Below, piece by piece: positions 1 to 9,484 of a stretch of 64,000 nucleotides of DNA. The stretch spans positions 50,875-114,874 of the forward strand of contig DASPIZ010000135.1 in assembly GCA_035628875.1 (NCBI GenBank), given 5' to 3'. Position 1 is the stretch's first letter. Every line of letters starts with the position of its first letter. Position numbers and translations under genes: made by a program. Origin of the DNA: Ohtaekwangia sp. GTDB taxonomy: Bacteria; Bacteroidota; Bacteroidia; Cytophagales; Cyclobacteriaceae. The notes under the pieces were generated by a model. It was not told the DNA's origin and ran no database searches. It saw nothing but the letters and a program-made list of their open reading frames with translations.

Positions 1-2
1 TT

Positions 3-1094
3 TATTCTGCCGATTCAATTAACCATATTAATCTGGCCACGTTGCAACAGTTTTCGGCGCTGGCAGGAAATCATAAAATCACGGCCTTAGTACAACATGG
101 CGTGGAAACGTTCCGCATAGTGTATACAACTACATTCCATGGAAAAACCATTCAGGCAAGCGGTTTATTATACCTTCCTTCAAACCTCAAAGAACCAGCA
201 CCATTAATTAGCCTTCAACATGGAACCACATTCAGAAAAGATGAAGCACCTTCCGCAGCAGAACAATTTACCGGTATGGAGTACTTCGCTTCAGCCGGAT
301 ATATCGCGTTGATGCCGGATTATATTGGCTATGGTGCCTCATCAGAGTTCTTCCATCCGTATTATGACCGTGAAAGTGCTGCCTTATCGGTTATCGATAT
401 GATCCACGCCGTAAAAGAATTTCTGAATACAAAAGAAATTGCCTTCAATGAACAATTGTTCCTGGCCGGATACTCCGAAGGTGGTTACGTAACCCTTGCA
501 GCAGCAGAAGAAATCGAATCGAATCCTGAACACAACCTTAACGTTACTGCCGTTGCTGCAGGAGCCGGAGGTTATGACCTTGTGTCGATGTTGAAAAGCG
601 TTACTTCCTCGTCTTACTATACTTACCCAAGTTATCTCGCTTTTGTACTAATGTCCTACAATACCACGTATGGATGGGACCGTTCACTGACTGATTTCTT
701 TCACGAAAAATATGCGACCATTCTGCCCACGTATATGAATGGAAATTATGGAGGCGGGCAAATCAATTCGAAACTAACAACAAAAGTATCATCATTGCTC
801 GCACCAGAATTTTATCAGCAACTCACTGACGAATCCAAGGAACCTGTGCTGCGCAAAGCCCTTCATGATAACAGCGTTAGCGGATGGAAGACCAATATTC
901 CGATTCGTTTGTATCATGGAACAGGGGACGAAATAATTCCTTACCAAAATTCAGAAACAACATTGAAGAATTTTAAGGCAGCAGGAAGTCACGATGTTTC
1001 GCTCACACTTATTCCGGGCGGAACACATGGGAGCAGTTTTGTTCGCATGCTCGAAAAATTCGTTCCGTGGTTTGAAACACTGCGCAAAGGGTAA
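3..1094 (+). CDS. Secretory lipase-like alpha/beta hydrolase (5' end runs off window)
   Basis: Frame is open from base 3. Nucleophile elbow GYSEGG, HGTGDEII (Asp) and GGTHG (His); QHGT and DYIGYG motifs typical of the LIP/secretory lipase family. Confidence 0.85.
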   Translation, partial: YSADSINHINLATLQQFSALAGNHKITALVQHGVETFRIVYTTTFHGKTIQASGLLYLPSNLKEPAPLISLQHGTTFRKDEAPSAAEQFTGMEYFASAGYIALMPDYIGYGASSEFFHPYYDRESAALSVIDMIHAVKEFLNTKEIAFNEQLFLAGYSEGGYVTLAAAEEIESNPEHNLNVTAVAAGAGGYDLVSMLKSVTSSSYYTYPSYLAFVLMSYNTTYGWDRSLTDFFHEKYATILPTYMNGNYGGGQINSKLTTKVSSLLAPEFYQQLTDESKEPVLRKALHDNSVSGWKTNIPIRLYHGTGDEIIPYQNSETTLKNFKAAGSHDVSLTLIPGGTHGSSFVRMLEKFVPWFETLRKG

Positions 1095-1117
1095 GGTGAA
1101 AAGTTATTAGCGATAAT

Positions 1118-1458
1118 GTACGAGCGTGTAGAAGAAGCTACGAGCCAATAGCTTTGAGCCGCGTTTGTTTTGATAACTAACAAGTTTCCGATAACACCTT
1201 CGAACAGGTGTAGGGCCAGGTTACTAGATTTTTAACCATCCCCGTTCAGCTATTCGCTGAACATTCCCTCCTTATTCAAGGATGGGAGTTGGGGGCTGCA
1301 TCTCAATCGGTGGCCAGGAACATTCAACAATTTCGATATCAGTTCGTTGTCGAGGACCGACCTCAAACTTCAAACCTCAAACATCAAACGTCAAACAATT
1401 TCACTAACCCATCGTTTTCGAAATTTCAAACTTTCAACCATGAACCTTGAACCATGAA
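1118..1458 (-). repeat. Composite heptamer cassette, copy E (degenerate), between convergent genes
   Basis: 5 in-phase units cctcaaa/cttcaaa/cctcaaa/catcaaa/cgtcaaa at 1361-1395; ccatgaa/ccttgaa units ~1424-1458 abutting the stop at 1459; gctacga-type units 1118-1185; hairpin ccctcctt-attc-aaggatggg at 1266-1286. Confidence 0.8.
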
Positions 1459-2235
1459 CTATTTCCGCTTATTCATCGACTGTAACCTCTCGTTGACAAA
1501 AATCAATTCGGCATTGACCTGTTCGGTTGCGCGTGCCCGGAACATAAGTTCTTCATTGAGACGTTCGAGGTGAAGGGTTCGCTGGGCTATTTTTTGTTCG
1601 ATCGTCTGGTCCATAGTCCTTAATTCTGTTTCTGCTTTCACCTGGGCTGTGACATCACTCAGGAGGAACAATAATTTACGATTGTTGTTTCGCACAGCCT
1701 CAAGCTGAATAATGACTTCTTTTTTCTCATTATTAGTCATTCGCCAACTGCCTAATTTCCGATAGCTGTCGGTCAGGCGATTCGAAACAGACTGACTCAT
1801 AAAGCGATCGCGCTCTGATTCAATAATCAGGTCTTGCAGGTGCATCGTTCTAAATCCAATAGCATCGTAACCGAATATTTTTTGAGCCGACTCGTTGCTA
1901 TCTGAAACCTGAAGCGTTTTTACATCAACCAAAATTAACGGACATGGATTTTTTAAAAACAAGTTGTGATTCTCCTGGGTTTTAGTCATCAACGATTGAT
2001 GAAGATCATGGACGAGGTAAAAAAGAAATCCACCGGTTACCCCGATAAACATTACCCCTTTTAGGATGTGGATGTGCGACATTTCCAGCAACATGTTATC
2101 CGGCCCCATCCACGACAAAATCGAATCCGAAAAAAGGATCCAAAGCATACCTAAAACGACATACTTAACGGTGAGTGACACCGCAGGGCTCACAAGCTCT
2201 TTAGCTTCCGGAGAAACAGCATTTTGCTTAAGCAT
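1459..2235 (-). CDS. Membrane-anchored PAS-domain protein with C-terminal coiled coil and no kinase domain
   Basis: Two N-terminal hydrophobic segments; PAS-like LFLKNPCP...NESAQKIFGY...DVT; ends after a coiled coil with no H-box. Confidence 0.7.
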   Translation of the reverse strand: MLKQNAVSPEAKELVSPAVSLTVKYVVLGMLWILFSDSILSWMGPDNMLLEMSHIHILKGVMFIGVTGGFLFYLVHDLHQSLMTKTQENHNLFLKNPCPLILVDVKTLQVSDSNESAQKIFGYDAIGFRTMHLQDLIIESERDRFMSQSVSNRLTDSYRKLGSWRMTNNEKKEVIIQLEAVRNNNRKLLFLLSDVTAQVKAETELRTMDQTIEQKIAQRTLHLERLNEELMFRARATEQVNAELIFVNERLQSMNKRK

Positions 2236-2421
2236 CCTTATATGGCGATAAAATCAAAAAGAAAAGACTGCAAAGTACGTAGCAGCTGCTGTTCGGAGAC
2301 CTCAACTTTGGATCTAGGTTGTTTCGTGTAAGTTTTTCGTTTAATCTTCCGAAATGATGGTTGGTTAGGCATTTTATCGGGATGAATCCAATGTAGAGAT
2401 TCAAGCAAAAGCCAGGAAAAG

Positions 2422-2493
2422 TGGTCCCACCGGGAATCGAACCCAGATCTAGAGTTTAGGAAACTCCTATTCTATCCGTTGAACTATGAGACC
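2422..2493 (-). tRNA. tRNA-Arg(CCT)
   Basis: Reverse complement is GGTCTCATAGTTCAACGGATAGAATAGGAGTTTCCTAAACTCTAGATCTGGGTTCGATTCCCGGTGGGACCA: 7-bp acceptor stem, anticodon loop TTCCTAA, GTTCGATTC T-loop, CCA not fully encoded. Confidence 0.97.
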
Positions 2494-2536
2494 TTAAAAC
2501 CAGCAGGAAGTTGCTCCCGGATGGAAAAATGTGCCG

Positions 2537-2544
2537 CAAAGATA
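2537..2544 (-). promoter_or_regulatory. Bacteroidota sigma-70 -7 element (TATCTTTG) upstream of tRNA-Arg
   Basis: Exact TAnnTTTG match ~45 bp upstream of the tRNA. Confidence 0.65.
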
Positions 2545-2679
2545 TAAGTTTAAGCTAAATATGGATAAATCTCACAGCCTTTGACAAGGGATAATTTTTG
2601 CAACCTCGGCTTAGAATTTCATTTTTGAGCAGTCCAAAGAAACCGTCACATACCCTGACATCCGGAGATTACACGCTAA

Positions 2680-3399
2680 TTATTTTTGTTGTGCGCCAAA
2701 CACACGTTTTAATAATTCAGTAGTGCGGGCTGCGGGATTAGCACGAATGTTCTTCTCCTCTTTGGCAATCATCACAAACAAACCTTCTATCGCTTTGTCT
2801 GTTGCATAATCATCCAGGTCGGGATTCACTTTTTGTACCATTGGAATCTGATTATACCGCGTTACGATGTCACTGTAATATCTTGTAGCATTCACTTTCT
2901 CCAGGCTCTTTCGGATAACCGGTTTGAATTTTTCCTTTAGCTGGGCAGACGTTGTACGTACCAGAAATTGGGTGGCTGCATCCTCTTCACCACGGAGTAT
3001 TGCCCAAGCATCATCGATTGTCATTTGTTTGATGGCCGTTATAAAAATTGGTTTAGCCTCCTTAGCCGCATCTTCAGCACCCCGATTCAACGTGAGTATG
3101 AACTTATCCACTTCTTTTCCCAGGCCAACCTGGCGTAACCGGTCTTCCACTTTTTTTACGTCGGGCGGAAATGGAATTTTTATTTCCGGATTTTTAAAAT
3201 AGCCATCCAGTTGTGAGGCAATATCAGATCCGTTGCTTATTCCTTTTATTAATGCTTCTTTTAAACCCTCAGTAACTTCCAAAGTTGTCAATGCCTTATC
3301 ACCGCCAATCACCTCACTCACCTCGCCCAATGTCTGGTTGATCTGAGCTGTTGTACAACCCAACAATAAAACAGATAAAATTAAAATACTCTTTTTCAT
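2680..3399 (-). CDS. DUF4197 family lipoprotein
   Basis: Lipobox-like LLLGC; GLKEAL, LNRGAEDAAKEA, IAKEEKNIRANPAARTTELLKRVFG motifs. Confidence 0.9.
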   Translation of the reverse strand: MKKSILILSVLLLGCTTAQINQTLGEVSEVIGGDKALTTLEVTEGLKEALIKGISNGSDIASQLDGYFKNPEIKIPFPPDVKKVEDRLRQVGLGKEVDKFILTLNRGAEDAAKEAKPIFITAIKQMTIDDAWAILRGEEDAATQFLVRTTSAQLKEKFKPVIRKSLEKVNATRYYSDIVTRYNQIPMVQKVNPDLDDYATDKAIEGLFVMIAKEEKNIRANPAARTTELLKRVFGAQQK

Positions 3400-3594
3400 A
3401 TCAATATGCTGTTAAGCTGAACCGTTACCTTCCGATTATATTGCGACTGAAAGGTAATCATTTCCAACTAATTCTATGCCCGGTTCATCTGTTGCTGAAA
3501 CCTTTGTATACACTAATGCATCAGACGTTTGTTTATTAACCAAGACTGGTTTCCTTTGTAGAACGTTGACTGTTGAGCGAATTCAAAATGACTT

Positions 3595-4839
3595 ATGAAA
3601 ATTATTGTAGCCGAGTTATTAACCATAGGTGATGAACTACTCTATGGACAGATCACAGACACCAATTCAAAATGGATGAGTGTTGCATTAAGTGATGAAG
3701 GAATTAAGGTAATCAGAAAAACAACCGTCGGAGATCAGGAAGACGAAATACTTACAGCCCTTGCTGAGGCTGAGCGCCGTGCAGATATTATTTTGATAAC
3801 GGGTGGCCTTGGCCCCACCAATGATGACCTTACAAAACCTTGTCTTGCAAAATATTTTAACTGTGGCCTTGCACTTCATGAAGAAGCTTTAAACGAAGTA
3901 ACAGCTTTTTTTCAAAGCCGGGGGCGAGCACTCACAGAAATGAATCGTCAACAGGCAATGCTGCCGGTCTGCTGCAAGAAAATTACCAATGCGATGGGTA
4001 CTGCTCCGGGAATGTGGTTTGAAAGAAATGGTAAAGTGTTTGTATCTATGCCAGGGGTGCCCCATGAGATGAAAACCATGATGACCAACATCATCATACC
4101 AAAATTAAAGGAGACCTACGCTACGCCTTTTATCTACCATAAGGTTATCCGAACGGTTGGCATTGGAGAATCGTTTCTCGCGGAGAAAATTTCCACGTGG
4201 GAAAGAGCGCTTCCTTCGCACATCAGACTCGCATATCTGCCAAGTTTAGGTGAAGTGAAATTACGACTCACATCCATCGGTGCCGATCAGGACATTCTAG
4301 AAACACAAACAGAACAGCTTATAACACAGTTAAAAGATCTGGCTGGTGAATACATCTATGGTTATGGTGAAGATCCGCTCGAAGTCGCGCTTGGCAAAAC
4401 ACTACGCGAAAAAAAATTAACGGTAGCAGTTGCGGAAAGCTGTACAGGTGGATATTTATCACATCTCATCACGAGTGTTCCGGGCAGCTCCGATTACTTT
4501 CTTGGGAGTCTTATTCCCTACGCCTACGAAATTAAAATGCGTGAACTGGGTGTGAACCAGGAAACACTCGATCAACATGGTGCGGTAAGCGAACCGACAA
4601 TAATCGAAATGGCAAGTCTCGTACGAAAGAAATTCAAGACACGTATTGGTGTGGCTACCAGTGGCATCGCCGGACCTGCGGGTGCTACACCGGAAAAGCC
4701 TGTTGGCACCGTATGGATTGCTTATTCCGATGAAGACAAAACTGTTACACGCAAATTGCAATTGAGTTCGGACAGGCTCATTAATATCCGTTTGGCGTCG
4801 CTGGCTGCATTAAACCTGATGCGTTTGAATTTAGCCTAA
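3595..4839 (+). CDS. cinA: Competence/damage-inducible protein A (MoCF-biosynthesis-like + NMN deamidase domains)
   Basis: IGDELLYGQITDTNS, GGLGPTNDDLT, AESCTGG, SGIAGP motifs. Confidence 0.95.
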   Translation: MKIIVAELLTIGDELLYGQITDTNSKWMSVALSDEGIKVIRKTTVGDQEDEILTALAEAERRADIILITGGLGPTNDDLTKPCLAKYFNCGLALHEEALNEVTAFFQSRGRALTEMNRQQAMLPVCCKKITNAMGTAPGMWFERNGKVFVSMPGVPHEMKTMMTNIIIPKLKETYATPFIYHKVIRTVGIGESFLAEKISTWERALPSHIRLAYLPSLGEVKLRLTSIGADQDILETQTEQLITQLKDLAGEYIYGYGEDPLEVALGKTLREKKLTVAVAESCTGGYLSHLITSVPGSSDYFLGSLIPYAYEIKMRELGVNQETLDQHGAVSEPTIIEMASLVRKKFKTRIGVATSGIAGPAGATPEKPVGTVWIAYSDEDKTVTRKLQLSSDRLINIRLASLAALNLMRLNLA

Positions 4840-5015
4840 AGCAATAGCGTACGAAATTTTATCGTACGTAAGCAATTGTAGATGGACGTTTTGTTTTCTC
4901 TAACGGCAGATCAGACATAGATTTTTTCGATATTGGAAAAACATCAGACAGAAAACGTTTCCAGAAGTGAAAACAATCAAAATTATTTAACTTGCCACGA
5001 AATTAAGACCACACT

Positions 5016-6311
5016 ATGGCACAGGTACAACTTATAATGCCGAAGATGGGCGAAAGCATCATGGAGGCCACCATCCTTAATTGGTTGAAAAAGTCCGGTG
5101 ATAAAATCGAACAGGACGAATCTGTATTGGAAGTAGCCACGGATAAAGTAGATACAGAAGTTCCTTCTACGCATGCCGGTGTACTGAAAGAAATATTAGC
5201 AAAAAAAGGTGATGTTGTACCTGTGGGTAAACCCATCGCCATCATCACAACCGACGTTGAAGAGGACAATGATTCAACTTCAACTTCACCCGCGCTGGCA
5301 ACGTCACATACAATGCCAATGGCGCAAGCTGCCACAGACGTCAAAAGCAACGGTACTTCGCATAGCGTTCCTGATTATCGCACGGTTTCACGGTTCTATT
5401 CTCCGCTGGTGAAAAATATTGCACGTGAAGAGAACATCCCCGTCAGCGAACTTGAAACAATAGAAGGCTCCGGTGCAGAAGGTCGTGTCACAAAAAAAGA
5501 TATACTTCATTACATCCGGCACCGTAAGACAGGTTTTGTGTCCAAGCCGGCCCAGCAAGCGATAACCACATCGCAACCAAAAGTTTACTCATCGGTAAAT
5601 GCCGGTGATGAAATCATTGAGATGGACCGTATGCGAAAAATGATTGCGGAACGTATGGTTGATTCAAAACGTATTGCGCCACACGTCACCTCTTTTGTAG
5701 AAGCCGATGTGACCAACGTGGTGATGTGGCGGAACAAAGTAAAAGGGGAATTTCAAAAACGCGATGGTGATGTACTCACGTTCACACCAATCTTTATGGA
5801 AGCTGTCGTGCTTGCTATTAAAGATTTCCCGATGATCAATGTGCAGGTAGATGGTGACCGCATCATCAAGAAGAAAGACATAAATATTGGGCTCGCAGTC
5901 GCTTTACCCAATGGAAATCTGATCGTACCGGTTATCAAAAATGCTGATCAATTTAGTATCGCCGGATTAACAAAAGCGGTTAACGATGTTGCACGCAGAG
6001 CCCGCGAGAATAAACTAAAGCCCGATGAGCTTACCGGTGGTACATTCACCATTTCAAACGTGGGATCATTTGGCAATGTAATGGGCACACCCATCATACT
6101 ACAGCCACAGGTTGGTATCATTGCCCTTGGTGCAATCCAGAAAAAACCCGCCGTAATGGAAATGCCCTATGGCGATGTGATTGCGATAAGGCACAAAATG
6201 TTCCTTTCCCATTCGTATGATCATCGTGTCGTAGATGGCGCCCTGGGCGGCAGCGTGGTACGCAGGGTAGCCGATTACCTGGAAAGATTTGATCTGAACA
6301 GAACGATATAA
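5016..6311 (+). CDS. Dihydrolipoamide acyltransferase (E2) of a 2-oxoacid (probably branched-chain) dehydrogenase
   Basis: Lipoyl motif ATDKVDTEVPS; E3-binding GSGAEGRVTKKD; catalytic SYDHRVVDG. Confidence 0.95.
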   Translation: MAQVQLIMPKMGESIMEATILNWLKKSGDKIEQDESVLEVATDKVDTEVPSTHAGVLKEILAKKGDVVPVGKPIAIITTDVEEDNDSTSTSPALATSHTMPMAQAATDVKSNGTSHSVPDYRTVSRFYSPLVKNIAREENIPVSELETIEGSGAEGRVTKKDILHYIRHRKTGFVSKPAQQAITTSQPKVYSSVNAGDEIIEMDRMRKMIAERMVDSKRIAPHVTSFVEADVTNVVMWRNKVKGEFQKRDGDVLTFTPIFMEAVVLAIKDFPMINVQVDGDRIIKKKDINIGLAVALPNGNLIVPVIKNADQFSIAGLTKAVNDVARRARENKLKPDELTGGTFTISNVGSFGNVMGTPIILQPQVGIIALGAIQKKPAVMEMPYGDVIAIRHKMFLSHSYDHRVVDGALGGSVVRRVADYLERFDLNRTI

Positions 6312-6333
6312 TCGCATTTTTAATGAAAAGAAC

Positions 6334-6360
6334 GCCAGGTCCTTACCTGGCTTTTTTATT
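6334..6360 (+). terminator. Intrinsic terminator after E2
   Basis: gccaggt-cctt-acctggc followed by a T run. Confidence 0.8.
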
Positions 6361-6424
6361 TTGTCAGGAAAGCCTTACTTTCCCTGATCAAAGCCCCTCC
6401 TGATGTATTAAATGCAATCCAAGC

Positions 6425-7048
6425 ATGGCTAAAATTATATCTTTTATCAGCCGTAAAGGCGGCACGGGAAAAACAACCAACGCCATTAATCTGGCAACGA
6501 CCTTGCATCATTTGGGTAAACGCGTGTTGCTTATAGAAACGGATGCCAACTACACTTTAAATACCTTACGTAAGATGGAGGTCTTCAAATCAAAGCATGC
6601 CAATAATGCCTTTGAAATACAAGGCTCCCAGGACAATCAAGTAGGCGAAGAACTTGTCACGCTGAAAGAGAATCGAAAACTAGATTTTATCCTGGTTGAC
6701 AGCGCCGGGAAAACCACGGATGAAGGAATAAAAAAACTTTGCCTTGTAAGCGATGTTGTTATTGTACCAACAAGTCTTACGCAAAATGACTTACTGGTAA
6801 CCTATCAAACAGTGACCGACCTCGGCCCTGCGCGTCAGTTAAATCCAAAACTTAAAATTGTTGTGCTGCCAAATCGAATCCACAGCGCCACCAACGCATA
6901 TACCGTGCGTGAGCATCTTAAAAACCTGGACGCATTAATTCTTCCGGTGATCGTTCCGCAGAAAAATCTTTTTGTAAATTTCAGTACCCTGGAGGCTGAA
7001 AAGGAATATATTCCCGTTGCCCAGGCTATTTTAAACTACTGCGCATGA
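6425..7048 (+). CDS. Short ParA/MinD-family ATPase
   Basis: Deviant Walker A RKGGTGKTT, Walker B ILVDSAG, SDVVIVP. Confidence 0.9.
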   Translation: MAKIISFISRKGGTGKTTNAINLATTLHHLGKRVLLIETDANYTLNTLRKMEVFKSKHANNAFEIQGSQDNQVGEELVTLKENRKLDFILVDSAGKTTDEGIKKLCLVSDVVIVPTSLTQNDLLVTYQTVTDLGPARQLNPKLKIVVLPNRIHSATNAYTVREHLKNLDALILPVIVPQKNLFVNFSTLEAEKEYIPVAQAILNYCA

Positions 7049-7404
7049 GTAAGAAGAAAAACACGCTAAAAGATCTTGATGAGTTTCTGAAACAACAAGC
7101 TGCTTCGCTCGTTACCCCAGAACCCGTGAACATGCCAGTACAAGAACCGGCAACAGTATCACCCGCAAAATCTGAAGGTGAGGAACCAACAGCAGATAAA
7201 ATTATTTCTCAACTCAGCGCTCTCGCTAAACAAAATCCTAATCACTTCCGCACAATCCTATACGACATCATTATCAAATCACTTGAACAACTTCCGCATT
7301 CGCTACCCGAAGACAAAATGCTGATCAATACATCTCTCTACTTAAAAAGTGGCGACCAATGGAAGGATGTGATACGGAAGTATTGGAAGGAATATGGTTC
7401 ATAG
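7045..7404 (+). CDS. Hypothetical protein, putative ParA partner
   Basis: ATGA overlap with parA; basic N-terminus MSKKKN, Pro-rich linker, helical C-terminus. Confidence 0.75.
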   Translation: MSKKKNTLKDLDEFLKQQAASLVTPEPVNMPVQEPATVSPAKSEGEEPTADKIISQLSALAKQNPNHFRTILYDIIIKSLEQLPHSLPEDKMLINTSLYLKSGDQWKDVIRKYWKEYGS

Positions 7405-7530
7405 TTCATGGTCCAAAGTTCAAAGTTGGAGTTCGATAACGAAGCGTTTGCGACATTGTTTTGAGGTTTGACGTTTGAGTTTGATTTGTTTTCGATAACG
7501 ATGAGATTTGGCATTGTTTGAGCTTGCTCA
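7396..7530 (+). repeat. Composite heptamer cassette, copy A (left modules)
   Basis: ggttcat/agttcat/ggtccaa/agttcaa/agttgga, then ttcgataacgaagcgttt and tttgagg/tttgacg units as in copies B and C. The first unit overlaps the last codons and stop of the upstream gene. Confidence 0.85.
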
Positions 7531-7941
7531 TGCTCAGAATTTAAACCTGCGGTCCAAACAAGGTTGAGATGACAAGCCTTACCAATTATAACCGTACAAC
7601 TGCTTGGCTGTCGTCAATACTTACCTTTGCTTCTTGTTATTATCGATATATCCTCGAAAATTCACACAAGACATACTCGAATTTACGAACGTATCAAATA
7701 ATGCTTCGCTGGCTGAATCAATGCTCCGAAGGAGCTAAATATGGATAGCCGCGAGCGAAGCTCGTGGCCAATATTCCGACATTAAGCATGTGCCACAGGT
7801 GCAAGTGGATCAGGAGAAAAACGCTCATGGCACACAACATGAAAATTGTGATCGAAAGAAAGCCAATCTTATTTTATCTCCTGATCTAATAAGTTATCCA
7901 AATCTACTTGGACCTTATATGTAAGAACCGAAGACACTTAA

Positions 7942-8210
7942 GCTCGAATCAACCAACCTCGCAGATCGTAACTCAAAGCGCGTAGCTAACTCAAAATCCA
8001 ATTATTAGGAAAAACGCCTTGCAGCTTAAAGCCTGCAGCCTGACGCTTATCAAAAACACATCAGTTAAGACCAACAAACTCGCGGCTCGCAGCTCAAAGC
8101 TCGCGGCTTTTTGAAAGCCCACCGCTTCGCACGCCATCAAACTTTAATTTCTCTCAACATTTTTACTTTCAACTTAAACCATGAACTTGGAACCTTCGTT
8201 GAACCTTCAA
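7942..8210. repeat. Heptamer cassette modules (right modules twice, plus an inverted ttcaagg-type module)
   Basis: caaactcgcggctcgcagctcaaagctcgcggct; cttgcagcttaaagcctgcagcctgacgctta; aaccatgaacttggaacc just before the 8220 start. Confidence 0.75.
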
Positions 8211-8219
8211 TTTAAAAAT

Positions 8220-9368
8220 ATGAAATTCGGAACTAAAGCAGTACATGCCGGGGTTGAACCGGATCCTTCTACCGGCGCTATTATGACGCCGGTCTATCAA
8301 ACATCAACATACGTGCAAGAGTCACCTGCCAAACACAAGGGTTATGCATATGCGCGAGGCGCAAATCCGACGAGGAATGCTTTGCAGAAAAGTATAGCGG
8401 CACTTGAAAACGGTAAGTTCGGTCTTTGCTTCTCATCCGGCATGGGTGCAACAGATGCGGTGATCAAATTATTAAATCCCGGTGATGAAGTGATCACCAG
8501 CTACGACCTGTATGGTGGTTCTTACCGCATGTTCAAACGTGTCTTCGAGAAATATGGTATTCGTTTTCACTTCATTGATCTCACGAACGCAAGCAATGTT
8601 CACCAGGTATTGAATGATAAGACAAAACTTTTTTGGCTTGAAACGCCGACTAATCCTTTAATGAATATCGTAGACATCAAAGCATTCGTTGATATCGCGA
8701 AAGGAAAAAATATTTTGGTGGCTGTTGATAATACTTTTGCATCGCCATATTTACAAAATCCACTTGACCTCGGCGCCGATATCGTGATGCATTCCGTAAC
8801 AAAATATCTCGGCGGACATTCGGACGTGGTGATGGGCGCATTAATAACCAACGATGAAAAATTACACCAGGAACTTGCGTTCATTCACAACTCGTGCGGT
8901 GCTGTACCGGGGCCGCAGGATTCATTCCTTGTGCTTCGTGGAATCAAGACCCTGCACCTTCGCATGGAACGTCATTGTGTTAATGGAAGAAAGATCGCCG
9001 AATACCTTAGAAATCATCCTAAGATTGGCAACGTATTCTGGCCAGGCTTTGCCGATCATCCCAATCATGACATTGCAAAGAAACAAATGCGTGATTTTGG
9101 TGGTATGTTATCTTTTACCTTAAAGGATGATAACATCGCCAAAGCCACCTTACTGATGGAAAGCGTAAGCCTGTTTTCACTTGCTGAATCATTGGGCGGT
9201 GTGGAGTCCCTCATCAACCATCCTGCATCTATGACACATGCCAGCATTCCGAAAGAAGAACGGCTAAAAAGTGGATTAGTCGATTCACTTATACGTCTAA
9301 GCATTGGCGTTGAAGATGCCGAAGACCTGATTGAAGATCTTGAACAAGCATTGAAGAAGATATCATAA
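8220..9368 (+). CDS. Cystathionine gamma-synthase/gamma-lyase (PLP-dependent)
   Basis: YARGANPTR, ETPTNP, DNTF, PLP-lysine motif HSVTKYLGGHSD. Start moved to ATG 8220 (MKFGTK); the 8181 ATG lies inside the repeat. Confidence 0.95.
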   Translation: MKFGTKAVHAGVEPDPSTGAIMTPVYQTSTYVQESPAKHKGYAYARGANPTRNALQKSIAALENGKFGLCFSSGMGATDAVIKLLNPGDEVITSYDLYGGSYRMFKRVFEKYGIRFHFIDLTNASNVHQVLNDKTKLFWLETPTNPLMNIVDIKAFVDIAKGKNILVAVDNTFASPYLQNPLDLGADIVMHSVTKYLGGHSDVVMGALITNDEKLHQELAFIHNSCGAVPGPQDSFLVLRGIKTLHLRMERHCVNGRKIAEYLRNHPKIGNVFWPGFADHPNHDIAKKQMRDFGGMLSFTLKDDNIAKATLLMESVSLFSLAESLGGVESLINHPASMTHASIPKEERLKSGLVDSLIRLSIGVEDAEDLIEDLEQALKKIS

Positions 9369-9389
9369 CCAACGGTTCAATAATTATCT

Positions 9390-9418
9390 GGAAGACCTTT
9401 CGTGTCTTCCTTTTTTTT
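9390..9418 (+). terminator. Intrinsic terminator
   Basis: ggaagac-ctttcgt-gtcttcc followed by T8. Confidence 0.8.
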
Positions 9419-9484
9419 GTCAGTTTTAGTCAACGATTTTATATTCCTGCAGGCTTTGTTATTTTTATTGCACAAACCTAACCC

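Noticed and set aside
2422-2493. Genomic island integrated at tRNA-Arg
   Set aside because: No integrase, no duplicated tRNA 3' end and no obvious compositional break were seen.
7569-7748. 59-codon ORF in the parA-partner/lyase gap
   Set aside because: No recognisable motif or hydrophobic segment, and it runs into a REP-like hairpin.
7940-8219. SAM riboswitch before the cystathionine lyase
   Set aside because: No SAM-I/II core motifs were recognised; the region is explained by repeat modules.
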